Assembly: GCA_038845975.1 (NCBI GenBank)
Contig: JAWBQF010000019.1
Location: 1-49,272 of the forward strand
Origin: Candidatus Methanomethylicia archaeon
GTDB lineage: Archaea; Thermoproteota; Methanomethylicia; CALHIW01
Direction: 5' to 3'
Length of the DNA stretch: 49,272 nucleotides
The position numbers and the translations under genes are program-made. The notes beneath the pieces were generated by a model, which worked only from the letters and a program-made list of their open reading frames with translations, had not been told where the DNA came from and searched no databases. Shown one piece after another: positions 31,660 through 42,256 of this stretch (positions are counted from its first letter, which is position 1; each line of letters begins with the position of its first letter).

Positions 31660-31938
31660 TGTACGTAGATGAATTCATAAACTCAGTGATTTAACATCAT
31701 TTATTCGTATTGGTTAGGAAATGTATGTTGATGAATATAATATCATTTACTATATGATATGGATGATTTAATAGAAAAAGATAGTTTATATTCATTTATC
31801 AGTCTAACATAAAATCTTTTGAGGAATACTTATTCTTCAAAAGATTTTAAGGAGAAGTATACAGTCAATTTCAACCCTAATTGAGACTTATCGGAAAACA
31901 TAGTTGGAGACGGTAAGCATGTCTAAGTTTACAAAGCC
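31660..31938 (+). mobile_element. Eroded IS6 remnant (right end)
   Basis: CATGTCTAAGTTTACAAAGCC ending at 31938 resembles the IS6 right end CATGCTTAAGTTAACAAAGCC. A YVDE-like segment lies near 31660. The left boundary is unresolved. Confidence 0.45.
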
Positions 31939-31992
31939 TCTTAATTTAGTAAAAAATAAATATTAGTGTATGTATTATTATTTCGGTTTTGT

Positions 31993-32226
31993 ATGAGTGT
32001 TCATGCTTACATATTCATACATACTGATACAGGTAGAGCTGTTGAAGTTATGCTTGAAGCTAGGAAAATTGACAAGGTTAAGGAAGCACATGTTATAACT
32101 GGGGTTTACGATGTTATTATTAAAGTTGAAGCTGAAAGCATTGAGGATTTGGAAAATATTGTTATTAAGAAAATACAGGGAATTAAGGGTGTGAGAGGAA
32201 CAGTAACATCGCTTGTAATTCATTAA
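31993..32226 (+). CDS. Stand-alone Lrp/AsnC ligand-binding (RAM) domain protein
   Basis: AYIFI, ITGVYDVIIKV and GVRGTVTSLV. No HTH. Confidence 0.88.
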   Translation: MSVHAYIFIHTDTGRAVEVMLEARKIDKVKEAHVITGVYDVIIKVEAESIEDLENIVIKKIQGIKGVRGTVTSLVIH

Positions 32227-32425
32227 TACACCAGTAGATAAATGCAAGCAGCCTACAATTAAATATTATACTAAATCGTAAACATTTATTCTTTCTATTT
32301 TGTAAATTGAGATATTAATTGATCCAAATCTTCATATACTTTCAACATGGAGATACATATTTACAGCTAAGCTAAATACATAGATGTAAAATATAAGGAT
32401 CTATAGTCTAATATTCTGTGATTAT

Positions 32426-33112
32426 ATGGATAGGCTGGTAGCTGAAAAAATTCTTAAAGCTTTAAGAGTGGAGTTTGAAAAATTTAATGTTGAAGAGTTT
32501 ATAGCGTTAAAGGCTATACAGTCTAAAAACCCATTTCAACTACTTATAGCTGTAGTTCTAAGTCAAAATACAAGTGATAGAAATAGTTTAAAAGCCTTTG
32601 AAAATCTTACTAATAATCTGGTTGATATAACTCCCTGGAAAATTATAGAGACACCAATAGAAAAACTAGAAGAAATCATAAAACCTGCAGGAATCCATAA
32701 AAGAAGAGCTGAAGCATTAAGGAGAATATCGATGGAAATCATTGAGAAATATGATGGAGATCTCAGTAAAATACTTGAACTTCCACCTGAAGAGGCTAGA
32801 AGAGAACTTATGAAGTTACCTCAAGTAGGAGCGAAAACAGCGGATGTTTTAATACTATTCTTAAAGGGGGGATATACAATACCCATAGATACACATTTAA
32901 TGAGAGTGGCAAAGAGGATTGGTTACGCTAATAGTAAAGCAGATTATGAGGAAATCAGAGGAAAACTCATAGATTTATTTAAACCGGAGGAATATCTTGA
33001 AGTACATCTACTACACATACTTCTCGGTAGAAAATACTGTAAAGCTAGAAAACCTAAGTGTAAAGCATGTCCTATAGCAAGATATTGTGAATATGAATTT
33101 AAGGTGCTTTAA
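32426..33112 (+). CDS. nth: Endonuclease III
   Basis: LSQNTSD, HhH LPQVGAKTADV, PIDTH and C-x6-C-x2-C-x5-C. Confidence 0.93.
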   Translation: MDRLVAEKILKALRVEFEKFNVEEFIALKAIQSKNPFQLLIAVVLSQNTSDRNSLKAFENLTNNLVDITPWKIIETPIEKLEEIIKPAGIHKRRAEALRRISMEIIEKYDGDLSKILELPPEEARRELMKLPQVGAKTADVLILFLKGGYTIPIDTHLMRVAKRIGYANSKADYEEIRGKLIDLFKPEEYLEVHLLHILLGRKYCKARKPKCKACPIARYCEYEFKVL

Positions 33113-33411
33113 TGGCTTCCCCATATATTAAAGGTAGAGCGTTTGAACATTATGTTAAACGTAAACTTGAAGCTAGAGAATGGATTGTTACACGTAGTAG
33201 AGGAAGTAGAGGAGTTTTTGATCTATTAGCTGTTAGAAATGGAGAAATAATGCTAATACAGTGTAAATGGAATAACTTCATTGATGAGGAGGAGAGGAGA
33301 AATCTATTAGTTAAGGCATTAAAAGCTGGGGGTATACCAGTATTAGCAACACATATTAACGGTAAAGTTAAACTCATTGATATTAGAAATGGAAAACAGA
33401 TTAAAATCTAG
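33112..33411 (+). CDS. hjc: Hjc-like PD-(D/E)xK nuclease (Holliday junction resolvase family)
   Basis: KGRAFE, RSRGS, FDLLA and IQCK. TAATG overlap with nth. Confidence 0.75.
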   Translation: MASPYIKGRAFEHYVKRKLEAREWIVTRSRGSRGVFDLLAVRNGEIMLIQCKWNNFIDEEERRNLLVKALKAGGIPVLATHINGKVKLIDIRNGKQIKI

Positions 33412-33492
33412 CAGTAACGTACTATATCTATTTTAAGTTGCTCCACTATAACCTACATGGACAATTATAATACCTACAAGTTAAAAATCAAA

Positions 33493-34605
33493 CTAATCCT
33501 TAAATCCACTAACTAGTGGAATTATAAGTAATGCTAGAAAGCCAATTATAATGTATGATAGTTCAGGATTAAAAATATCTGCTACCATACCATTTAGTAA
33601 AGGACCTATTGTAAAGCCAAAGCCAAAAATCGCTTCATAAAGTCCAACTCCAAAACCAAGACCTCTTAAAGGTAATCTATTTGAAATCATGTTAAGAGTT
33701 AATGGGAAAAATGATCCTAAGGAAAATCCAAGCATAAATAATGAAATAATAAATATAGAAGTTCTAGGAAGTAAACCTATAAGCATCATTGATCCAAACA
33801 TAAGTAGTGATATGATAAGTAGAAGTTTAGATAGATTAAATTTAGCGATGTATGGTGTAAGATAGTAAGAAATCATTCTAGCTAGTCCGAAAATAGTAAA
33901 TAATACACCTATTTGAAATTCGTTTAATCCATGTAGATTAGCATATCCGGGAAAAATGTAGACAGTAGATGCGTAAACCATACTATATGGAATGATTGAA
34001 CAATATATTCTAGTAAGACTAAGATTAAAGCCAAGTCCACTACTATGTAAAGTCCTTATGGACCTATATCTTCCACTAATCATAACAACAAGTATTGTAG
34101 ATAATACGATTATCAAGCATGAAAACATGAACAAGTCTTTAAGATTTAAAAACTGTGTTAAAACACCACCTATAAGTGGGCCTATAAGGAAGGCTGAAGA
34201 CCATGAAATATTATACTGACTATATGCTCTAATCCTCTCTTCAGAATCATTAATTTCAGAAAGAATGGTTTCGGCAATAGGCCAGAAGAAGGATATACCA
34301 ATACCTCCAAGTATCTGAGCAACATATATGTATGTTAATGTTTTTGAAAACGATAAGATAAGCATCGATAATGAGTTTACAGCTATACTAATAAAATATA
34401 TGAAAATCCTATTAAGTCTATCTGAAAAGTAGCCTGCAACTAGGGGTATTACCATGTAGGGTAATGAGCGGGTAAGACCTAAAAATCCGAGATCAGAATA
34501 GGATGCACCGAAATACTGAGCGTAAATCGGTATCATATACATACTCATTGCAAGACCTAGTGAAACCACAAATACTGAAGCATTTAAATAATGAATCCAA
34601 GACAT
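33493..34605 (-). CDS. MFS transporter
   Basis: About 12 TM helices. Motif A (GYFSDRLNR) and GPLIGG. Confidence 0.9.
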   Translation of the reverse strand: MSWIHYLNASVFVVSLGLAMSMYMIPIYAQYFGASYSDLGFLGLTRSLPYMVIPLVAGYFSDRLNRIFIYFISIAVNSLSMLILSFSKTLTYIYVAQILGGIGISFFWPIAETILSEINDSEERIRAYSQYNISWSSAFLIGPLIGGVLTQFLNLKDLFMFSCLIIVLSTILVVMISGRYRSIRTLHSSGLGFNLSLTRIYCSIIPYSMVYASTVYIFPGYANLHGLNEFQIGVLFTIFGLARMISYYLTPYIAKFNLSKLLLIISLLMFGSMMLIGLLPRTSIFIISLFMLGFSLGSFFPLTLNMISNRLPLRGLGFGVGLYEAIFGFGFTIGPLLNGMVADIFNPELSYIIIGFLALLIIPLVSGFKD

Positions 34606-34707
34606 ACCATTACTAATTAAGCTAAAACCATACTGTTAAACTTTACTATAGCTGTACATTAATGAGTAGATTTATAATCCCTGTAGAATAAATAATTTAG
34701 TGATGTT

Positions 34708-35940
34708 ATGAATAGGGAGGAGGCATTTTATGTTGGGGAGGCTCTTATAGGTATTGGTGATGAAGTAGCACATATAGATTTAATTATTGGACATAAAAAT
34801 GGGCCTGCAGGTATAGCTTTTACAAATGCTTTAACAAACATTTCAGCTGGACATACACCACTCCTAGCTGTTATTAGACCTAATCTAGCTGTTAAACCAA
34901 GCACCATAGTAATCCCGAAGGTGACTGTTAAAAGCCTTGAGGATGCCAATAAGATATTCGGTCCAGCACAAGCAGCAGTTGCAAAGGCTGTTGCTGATGC
35001 TGTTGAGGAGGGGATTATACCCATGGATAAGTGTGAAGACTGGGTTATTATAGCATCTGTATTTGTACATCCTAAAGCTAAAGACTATAGGAAGATATAT
35101 CAATATAACTATGGAGCAGCAAAACTAGCTATTAGAAGAGCACTTCAAGGATATCCTGATGCATTAAAAGTTCTTAGAGAAAAGGATAGAGCTATTCATC
35201 CAATAATGGGATTCAAAATTTCGAAACTATGGAATCCACCGTATCTTCAAGTAGCATTAGATATAGACTCACTGGAGCAGGTTGAAAAAATCATTAAAGA
35301 GCTTCCAGTAAGAGAGAGAATCATATATGAAGCCGGAACCCCGTTGATTAAGGCTTATGGAGTATATAGTGTTGTTGATAAAATAAGAGAGTATAGAAGA
35401 GATGCATTTATAATAGCTGATCTTAAAACAATGGATGTTGGAAGAATGGAGGTTAAAGAGGCAGCTGATGCTACAGCTAATGCTGTATGTATTTTAGGAG
35501 TAGCTTCAAAAGCAACTATTGAAAGAGCAATACAAGAAGCAAAGAAGCAGGGGATATATGCTGTTTTAGATATGATGGAGGTTAAAAACGTAAAAGCTAG
35601 ACTTGAAACATTATCAATAAAGCCTGATATAGTTGTTTTACATAGAAGTGTTGATGTTGAAAGGGAAATAGCTGAGAGAGGATTAAAACCTGAAACAGAA
35701 TGGGGTGATATTAAAGGTATTAAGGATGAGTTTAAATGTAAAGTTGCTGTTGCAGGAGGCATAACACCTGAAACAGCTATAAAAGCACTTAATGGAGGAG
35801 CAGACATAATAGTTGTTGGGAGATATATAGTGAGAAGTCATGACCCAAGGAGAGCAGCAGAACAATTTCTCGATCAAATGCCTCCCGATGCGGATACGAT
35901 GAGGCTAATACTTGATGAAGATGAAGTAATTGGAGAATAG
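34708..35940 (+). CDS. fae-hps: Bifunctional formaldehyde-activating enzyme / 3-hexulose-6-phosphate synthase
   Basis: Fae part: [19 protein letters not shown] and [15 protein letters not shown] part: [20 protein letters not shown] and VAGGI. Confidence 0.95.
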   Translation: MNREEAFYVGEALIGIGDEVAHIDLIIGHKNGPAGIAFTNALTNISAGHTPLLAVIRPNLAVKPSTIVIPKVTVKSLEDANKIFGPAQAAVAKAVADAVEEGIIPMDKCEDWVIIASVFVHPKAKDYRKIYQYNYGAAKLAIRRALQGYPDALKVLREKDRAIHPIMGFKISKLWNPPYLQVALDIDSLEQVEKIIKELPVRERIIYEAGTPLIKAYGVYSVVDKIREYRRDAFIIADLKTMDVGRMEVKEAADATANAVCILGVASKATIERAIQEAKKQGIYAVLDMMEVKNVKARLETLSIKPDIVVLHRSVDVEREIAERGLKPETEWGDIKGIKDEFKCKVAVAGGITPETAIKALNGGADIIVVGRYIVRSHDPRRAAEQFLDQMPPDADTMRLILDEDEVIGE

Positions 35941-35943
35941 AAT

Positions 35944-37320
35944 CTATACTATCGATATTATCTTAACGTAATGTATTGGAGTATCACGTAATCCATAAGT
36001 TAATATTACCATATCTCCTCTTGAAACATAGCCTAGCTCATTCAGCTTCTTCAATGAAATTTCCAATCCATCTTCATAATCCTTAGCTTCAACATAGAAT
36101 GGTTTAACATTATGTAGTATATTAAGCTGTCTTATGGTCTTTAGACTTGATGATGAAGCATAAATTTCAGCTTTAGACTTAAATCTAGCCATTCTAAAAG
36201 CTGTTAACCCTGTTTTAGTATATATTAATACTTTAGCATTTATATCCTCAGCAAGCCTAATAACACCTAGAGCAAACCTATCCTTAACACTTTCCAGACT
36301 TAAATTTTCCCTATTAATAGTTTGAAGTCCAGCATCGGATTTTTCAGATATTTTTCTAAGCCATTTCACAGCCTCCACCGGATATTTCCCTACAGCAGTT
36401 TCCCCAGTTAGTAGTAGGGCATCAACCCCATCAAGAACAGCATTATATATATCTACAACCTCAGCTCTAGTTGGTATAGGGTTTTCAATCATTGATTCAA
36501 GAAGTTGGGTTGCAACCATTACTGGCTTACCGTAGTAAATGCTTTTATCGATTATTAGCTTCTGTATGCTTGGAATATCTTCAAGGTTAAAGTGAAGTCC
36601 AAGATCACCTCTAGCTACAAGAACATAGTCACATTCATTAATGATTCCATCAATATTTAATATAGCCATCCTTGTTTCAATCTTAGCAATAACCTTAACA
36701 TTTAGTGAATTAAGCTTACTAAGAATTTCCCTAATACATTTAATATCCTCTGGAGACTTAACATAGCTTGCAGCAATATAGTCTAAATCCTTATTAACAG
36801 CAAATTTTAACGAATTATAGTCCTTCTCAGTAATTGATGGGAAACTATACTCCTTACCCTTAACTACAAGAACCTTCCCCCTCTTCAGGAAACCGCTTGT
36901 TAAAGCTAATGCTTCAACGCCGCTTCCATTAATTCTCTTAACCTCTAACTGAAGACGGCCATCATCAGTTAACACTATATCTCCAGGCTGAATAACATCG
37001 AAAAACTCACGGTTTGGAACAGGTACTCCATCACTACAGTTACTACAATACTTAAAATACACAATACTATTACTTGAAACCTGTAATGTATTCATTAATC
37101 CTATTCTAACACTAGGACCTTGAAGATCCCCAATAATTGTAAAATGCTTTCTAAGCTTATCTTCAAGACTTCTAATAGTATCAATATATTTACTCCACTC
37201 ATCCTCACAGCCATGTGAAAAGTTGATTCTAAAACCATCAACATATAGAGCAACTCTACCTAAAACCTCAACATCACTAGTAGCTGGACCTAAAGTTGCA
37301 ATACATTTAACTCTACCCAT
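35944..37320 (-). CDS. pyk: Pyruvate kinase
   Basis: ATLGPA, RINFSHG, DLQGP, AKIET, VARGDLG, ATQLLESM, PTRAEV and GETAVGKYP. Confidence 0.97.
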   Translation of the reverse strand: MGRVKCIATLGPATSDVEVLGRVALYVDGFRINFSHGCEDEWSKYIDTIRSLEDKLRKHFTIIGDLQGPSVRIGLMNTLQVSSNSIVYFKYCSNCSDGVPVPNREFFDVIQPGDIVLTDDGRLQLEVKRINGSGVEALALTSGFLKRGKVLVVKGKEYSFPSITEKDYNSLKFAVNKDLDYIAASYVKSPEDIKCIREILSKLNSLNVKVIAKIETRMAILNIDGIINECDYVLVARGDLGLHFNLEDIPSIQKLIIDKSIYYGKPVMVATQLLESMIENPIPTRAEVVDIYNAVLDGVDALLLTGETAVGKYPVEAVKWLRKISEKSDAGLQTINRENLSLESVKDRFALGVIRLAEDINAKVLIYTKTGLTAFRMARFKSKAEIYASSSSLKTIRQLNILHNVKPFYVEAKDYEDGLEISLKKLNELGYVSRGDMVILTYGLRDTPIHYVKIISIV

Positions 37321-37636
37321 AAAATACTAAGTTGGAGCATTTATTTAAAGATTTAAATTCTACTAGTAAATGGCTGCTTCAGCGATTTCTAATATGGATT
37401 AAATCTTTAAGTATTAGAATATTTCAGTTGTACTAAGTATGTGTTGTAGGACTAACTAAATATAAACAGATAATCCAGGAGTTCGCCGATTACCTATTTG
37501 AAGATATTATCCTCTAAAATCATGGTTGATTAAGTGAAGAGATTTTAATAGTATTATCTTAATGTAAGCATTTAATGAGTTGACTAGGAAGGTTAAATGG
37601 GGTAATACCGAATTTTAAGTCTAAAAATAATTAATA

Positions 37637-38170
37637 CTAATATGCTCTAGTCTCTTCCTTAGCTTTCTGTATTGAAAGTATATCTGAAGGCTTTAAAACA
37701 GATACTCCAGTAGTACTACCAATAATTTCTATCTGAACTATTTTATCTGGATTTTTAAGATCAACTTTACGATCTACTACTTCAGCAACATACCTTATTA
37801 AACTCATAGTATCAATATCGCTTATTCTCTTATTAACAGTTATCCTGAAGGTTTCATTCCTATCAATTTTTGAGGTAAGTTTTGAAACAGCCTCCTTAAT
37901 CTTATCCTGATCGGTTTCAACACATAAATCTATAGGTACTACTTTAAGAGTGTAACGCAGCTCCCAAGGTCTTTCATCAAGAATTTCTCTAAATTTCCTA
38001 ACAACGAGAAACGGATCTAAACTAGTTTTCACAGTAACTAATCCTGGTGGACCTGCAGGTCTTATTTCAGCATCTTCATCACCAAACTCTCTAAGAAAAG
38101 CCCAAAGTTCACTGCAACATTCATCCTCCCGTCTACGAATAGTAGAAACAAGTAAATTAAATATTCTCAT
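37637..38170 (-). CDS. Stand-alone THUMP domain protein
   Basis: KVVPID, TFRITVNKR and KVDLKNPDKIVQIEII. Confidence 0.9.
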   Translation of the reverse strand: MRIFNLLVSTIRRREDECCSELWAFLREFGDEDAEIRPAGPPGLVTVKTSLDPFLVVRKFREILDERPWELRYTLKVVPIDLCVETDQDKIKEAVSKLTSKIDRNETFRITVNKRISDIDTMSLIRYVAEVVDRKVDLKNPDKIVQIEIIGSTTGVSVLKPSDILSIQKAKEETRAY

Positions 38171-38298
38171 AACATATTTTAAGCAAAGCTTTTAATAAGC
38201 TTTACCTAGATTAAAATATCTAATCAATCTAGTACTCCACTACACTATTAGAATATTTAAGGTTAGCATAATACTATATATGTGACTGGAGGATTAAT

Positions 38299-41200
38299 GT
38301 GAATAGAAGACTAGATTCATCATTAATACTTAAAGGCTTAGGATTTGAATATTACTCCTATACTGAGGAGAGAGTTAGTCCACCTCTCACTAATGTATCG
38401 TTTAGGGATTTAATTCCTGAATTTAATGGATTACCAATATGTAACAGCTTACTCTATAAGCATCAGCTTGAAGCATACAATCACTTAAGCTCTGGAAAGA
38501 ATATTATATTAAAATCTGGAACAGGCTCAGGTAAAACTGAGGCATGGCTTCTCTATACATTTAAACATAGAATTACAACAATGGTAATATATCCAACTCT
38601 CGCCTTAGCTAATGATCAAATTAGAAGAATTAATGAATACTCTAGGATTCTTAACTATAAAGCTATGGCTATTGACTCTATGAGGAGAACTGAACTTGTT
38701 AAAATCCATGGTAGAAGCAAGTTGAGATCAACCCTGTCAATACAGAATATCCTAATTACAAATCCTGCCTTTCTAATGCATGAAATTAAGAAAATAGCTA
38801 CATATAGTAAAGGAATACTTCTAGATGGATTTATATCTAGAATGGAGCTTCTAGTTATTGATGATATTGATTTTTACGGTCCTAGAGAAATAGCTTTACT
38901 CCTTTCTCTAATTAAAATTTTAATACTGATTTCTGAAAGGAAATTTCAAATAGCTACCCTAACAGCTACTATTGAGAATCCTGAGGAGCTTGCAAGATTC
39001 CTCAATAGTATTAATAATAGAGAAACAATAATCGTTAGTGGATTACCGTTCAGGGTTGAAAATAGAGTATATGTTGTACTAGGTAGAAACCTTAAAGCCC
39101 TATGGGAGAAGCTAAAACTTGAAAGAAGTCGACTTATTAGAGAGGGAGTTGGGGAGGATATTCTAAAAGCGCTAGACAACTACAGCATATTTAAAGAACA
39201 ATACTATAAAGTTATTGAGGTAGCGCAGGCACTAAATATTAATATAGGATCATTAGAAGTAGATCCATTAGAAATAATTCAGCAATACATTAATGATTCA
39301 GGTGTAACTCTTATCTTTACTAAGAGTATAGCTAGAGCAGAAGAAATAGCTAGAAGACTAAGAAATAACTTACCAGATAGTTTAAAAGACTGTATTGCAG
39401 CTCATCACCATCTACTGTTAAGGGATTTAAGAAGGAGAATAGAGGATGAAGCTAGAGTAGGTAAAATTAAGATACTAATCTCACCGAGAACTTTAAGCCA
39501 GGGAATTGATATTGGAGATATTGTAAGAATAGTTCATGTTGGATTACCTGAAAGCCTTAGAGAATTTTACCAGAGAGAGGGACGTAAAGGTAGAAGAGGA
39601 AGTATTGAATTCTCTGAAACAGTAATTCTACCAGGTAGTAGATGGGATAGAGATATTCTCTCTAGAGGTGTGGAGTCATTAAGATCATGGCTTCAACTAC
39701 CATTAGAAAAGGTAATTATAAACCCTAAAAACAAGTACATAATGCTATTTGAAGCATTATTAAAATACATATCTCCAAAATTTAAGCATAAGCTTAGCTT
39801 GGAGGAGTATAAATTTCTTGAAGATATGAATATAATACATAATGGCGAACTTACAGTAAAGGGTAGAGAAACATGGATAAATCTAAACTTTTATGAGTTT
39901 GCACCACCCTACGGTATTAATAGAGCTATGATTAGCGACAATGGAGAACACTACCTAGAGGAAATATCGCACTGCGATCTCGTTGAGAAGTTTCAGCCAG
40001 GATGTATAGACTATACATCTGATGGAATTATTACTGAACATAGAATTGGTGGAAGAACTGGAAGAACTGTAACAGCAGTTGTTGAAGAGAAGATTAGTGA
40101 AAAAACATTATGGAAAAGAGATCAGCTAGCTCAAGCCTTAGAGGAATATGAGGAAGCAAAAATTAAATGGGGTGAAGAACCATCAATAACTAGAGACTAC
40201 GCTCATGGTAGAATACATTCAGAAGTTATATGTGTAGTCTACCCTCCTAGAAAAGGATTTGGAAGATATATTAAGATACCTAATAGAGTTATCTGGAGAG
40301 TTATAAGTAGTAAACCGAGAATTAAAAGAATAAATGATAAAACCTTGACATTTAGAGATTATAAAACCATATTGGTTCCAACAGCAACCTACGGTAAATA
40401 TTCTGACTTCACTTATGGATCGCTCTACGAGCTTGAACCAGATGAAAACCTGACATTACTAAGAATAGGATTAGCATTGGTAATGGTTGTATTAAGGAAG
40501 AAACTAAGGATACCGTTTGAAACTATAATGTACGATTTAGGTAAGATTGGAGAGAAAAAGCTTATGAGTCTACACGAACCTGAAAGTGCAGGATTAATAG
40601 AGAGTATAGATTGGCTTAACATTAGGAGAATTATTGAAGAATATAGACCTGAAGACCTAGACGAGGTTTTAATAAAGCTATTTGACGAGTATGCATACTC
40701 AGACCTTATAACCCAAGGATTTAACTGGGAGCAAATTAAGAGAGCTGCATTAAAAGCCATAGACTACATATTGGTTAAGGAAAGAATACCAATAAAGTTT
40801 AAAGACTTAGAATTAACAATCCCAAAACCATCAAAAGCATTAAGAAAAGCATCAATAGATATAAACTATATACCATTAATTGAAGATGCAAATACAGGAC
40901 TTATAAGTATAGGGTTATTCAATGGTGAGGATGAAGTATCAATAGTAATAGATAGAGACTTCAGCCACTTAGAAGATACGTATCAGCTTGATATAGAAGT
41001 TTCAAAGATAGTTAATGAGGACTATACAGTACTAGTATATGACTGGAACTCAATACTTAAAGCACTTCTAAATTCAGGATTGAAAACATTAAACCTTATA
41101 CTGAAATCCCTACATTTAGAAGGAAAAATTATTGATGTAAAGAAAAACATAATAGAAACTCTAAACATTCAGCCAGCGCCACTAGAGGAAGTTGAAAAAG

Positions 41201-41409
41201 CTATAGGTATAAATAGGGAAGTAACAATAGGAGATTTAAGGTTTGAAGTTGAAAACTCAATAAGGAAAATATCTGAAACCCCTCCAGGTGAATGGAAGAA
41301 ATATACAAAATATCTTAGAGAAAAACTTAAAAAACACCAACTAGAAAACTGTAAATCAACATATATTCTTTATCTCGTAATGGAAGAATATAAAAGAACT
41401 CTAAATTAG
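38299..41409 (+). CDS. SF2 helicase, Hrq1/MrfA/SftH-like, with C-terminal extension
   Basis: LYKHQLEA, GTGSGKT, YPTLALANDQ, ITNP, motif II DDID, TAT, QGIDIG and QREGRKGR. Confidence 0.88.
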   Translation: MNRRLDSSLILKGLGFEYYSYTEERVSPPLTNVSFRDLIPEFNGLPICNSLLYKHQLEAYNHLSSGKNIILKSGTGSGKTEAWLLYTFKHRITTMVIYPTLALANDQIRRINEYSRILNYKAMAIDSMRRTELVKIHGRSKLRSTLSIQNILITNPAFLMHEIKKIATYSKGILLDGFISRMELLVIDDIDFYGPREIALLLSLIKILILISERKFQIATLTATIENPEELARFLNSINNRETIIVSGLPFRVENRVYVVLGRNLKALWEKLKLERSRLIREGVGEDILKALDNYSIFKEQYYKVIEVAQALNINIGSLEVDPLEIIQQYINDSGVTLIFTKSIARAEEIARRLRNNLPDSLKDCIAAHHHLLLRDLRRRIEDEARVGKIKILISPRTLSQGIDIGDIVRIVHVGLPESLREFYQREGRKGRRGSIEFSETVILPGSRWDRDILSRGVESLRSWLQLPLEKVIINPKNKYIMLFEALLKYISPKFKHKLSLEEYKFLEDMNIIHNGELTVKGRETWINLNFYEFAPPYGINRAMISDNGEHYLEEISHCDLVEKFQPGCIDYTSDGIITEHRIGGRTGRTVTAVVEEKISEKTLWKRDQLAQALEEYEEAKIKWGEEPSITRDYAHGRIHSEVICVVYPPRKGFGRYIKIPNRVIWRVISSKPRIKRINDKTLTFRDYKTILVPTATYGKYSDFTYGSLYELEPDENLTLLRIGLALVMVVLRKKLRIPFETIMYDLGKIGEKKLMSLHEPESAGLIESIDWLNIRRIIEEYRPEDLDEVLIKLFDEYAYSDLITQGFNWEQIKRAALKAIDYILVKERIPIKFKDLELTIPKPSKALRKASIDINYIPLIEDANTGLISIGLFNGEDEVSIVIDRDFSHLEDTYQLDIEVSKIVNEDYTVLVYDWNSILKALLNSGLKTLNLILKSLHLEGKIIDVKKNIIETLNIQPAPLEEVEKAIGINREVTIGDLRFEVENSIRKISETPPGEWKKYTKYLREKLKKHQLENCKSTYILYLVMEEYKRTLN

Positions 41410-41439
41410 CAATCAACATTCCACTATAAATATTTAATT

Positions 41440-42138
41440 CTACTTTAGCATTTCATCAACTCTATCAGGATACCCTACATATATACGCTTAGCAAGACCT
41501 ACAAATAAACCACATTCAACAACGCCAGCTATAGAATTTATTCTATATTCTAACTCTTCAGGATCATTTATTACACCAAAGTAGGCGTCAACTATAAAGT
41601 TTCCATTATCAGTTACTATTGGGCCATCCTTATACTCCCCCCCACTTCTTAAATATGGTTTACCGTTAAGCTTCTCAATTTTCTTCATAACATAACGCCA
41701 AGCATACGGAAGAACCTCAATTGGTACGGGTTTCTTCTCACCAATTTTACTTGAAAGCTTACTATAATCCACTATTACAATATATTCCTTAGCCATAGAT
41801 GCTACTACCTTCTCCCTTGTTAGGGCTGCACCACCACCCTTTATTAAGACCATTCTACTATCAACTTCATCAGCTCCATCAACAGCTAAATCTATACAGC
41901 TAAACGATTCAAGGGGGAGTACATTTAAGCCAAAATCTACAGCTAAATGTTCAGATTGATAAGAGGTAGCTACACATTTAATATTTAAACCAGTACTCTT
42001 AACCATTTTTGCTAGAAGCTCAATAAATACCGCTACTGTTGATCCTGTACCAAGACCCAAAACAATACCATTCTTTACATGGTTTAAAGCTTTCTGAGCG
42101 GCTTGAAACCTACAAATATCTAACATATTCACAACCAT
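41440..42138 (-). CDS. rpiA: Ribose-5-phosphate isomerase A
   Basis: GLGTGST, DGADEVD, IKGGGAALTREK and TDNGN. Confidence 0.97.
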   Translation of the reverse strand: MVVNMLDICRFQAAQKALNHVKNGIVLGLGTGSTVAVFIELLAKMVKSTGLNIKCVATSYQSEHLAVDFGLNVLPLESFSCIDLAVDGADEVDSRMVLIKGGGAALTREKVVASMAKEYIVIVDYSKLSSKIGEKKPVPIEVLPYAWRYVMKKIEKLNGKPYLRSGGEYKDGPIVTDNGNFIVDAYFGVINDPEELEYRINSIAGVVECGLFVGLAKRIYVGYPDRVDEMLK

Positions 42139-42256
42139 ACTTAAACATACAGATATATATGTTTGGTTCTGTAAACTTAGATGAGGTAACGGAAATATTA
42201 AAAAATCATTACAATGGAAGATAACTAATAGCTTAAATTTACAAGATGCTTATAAA

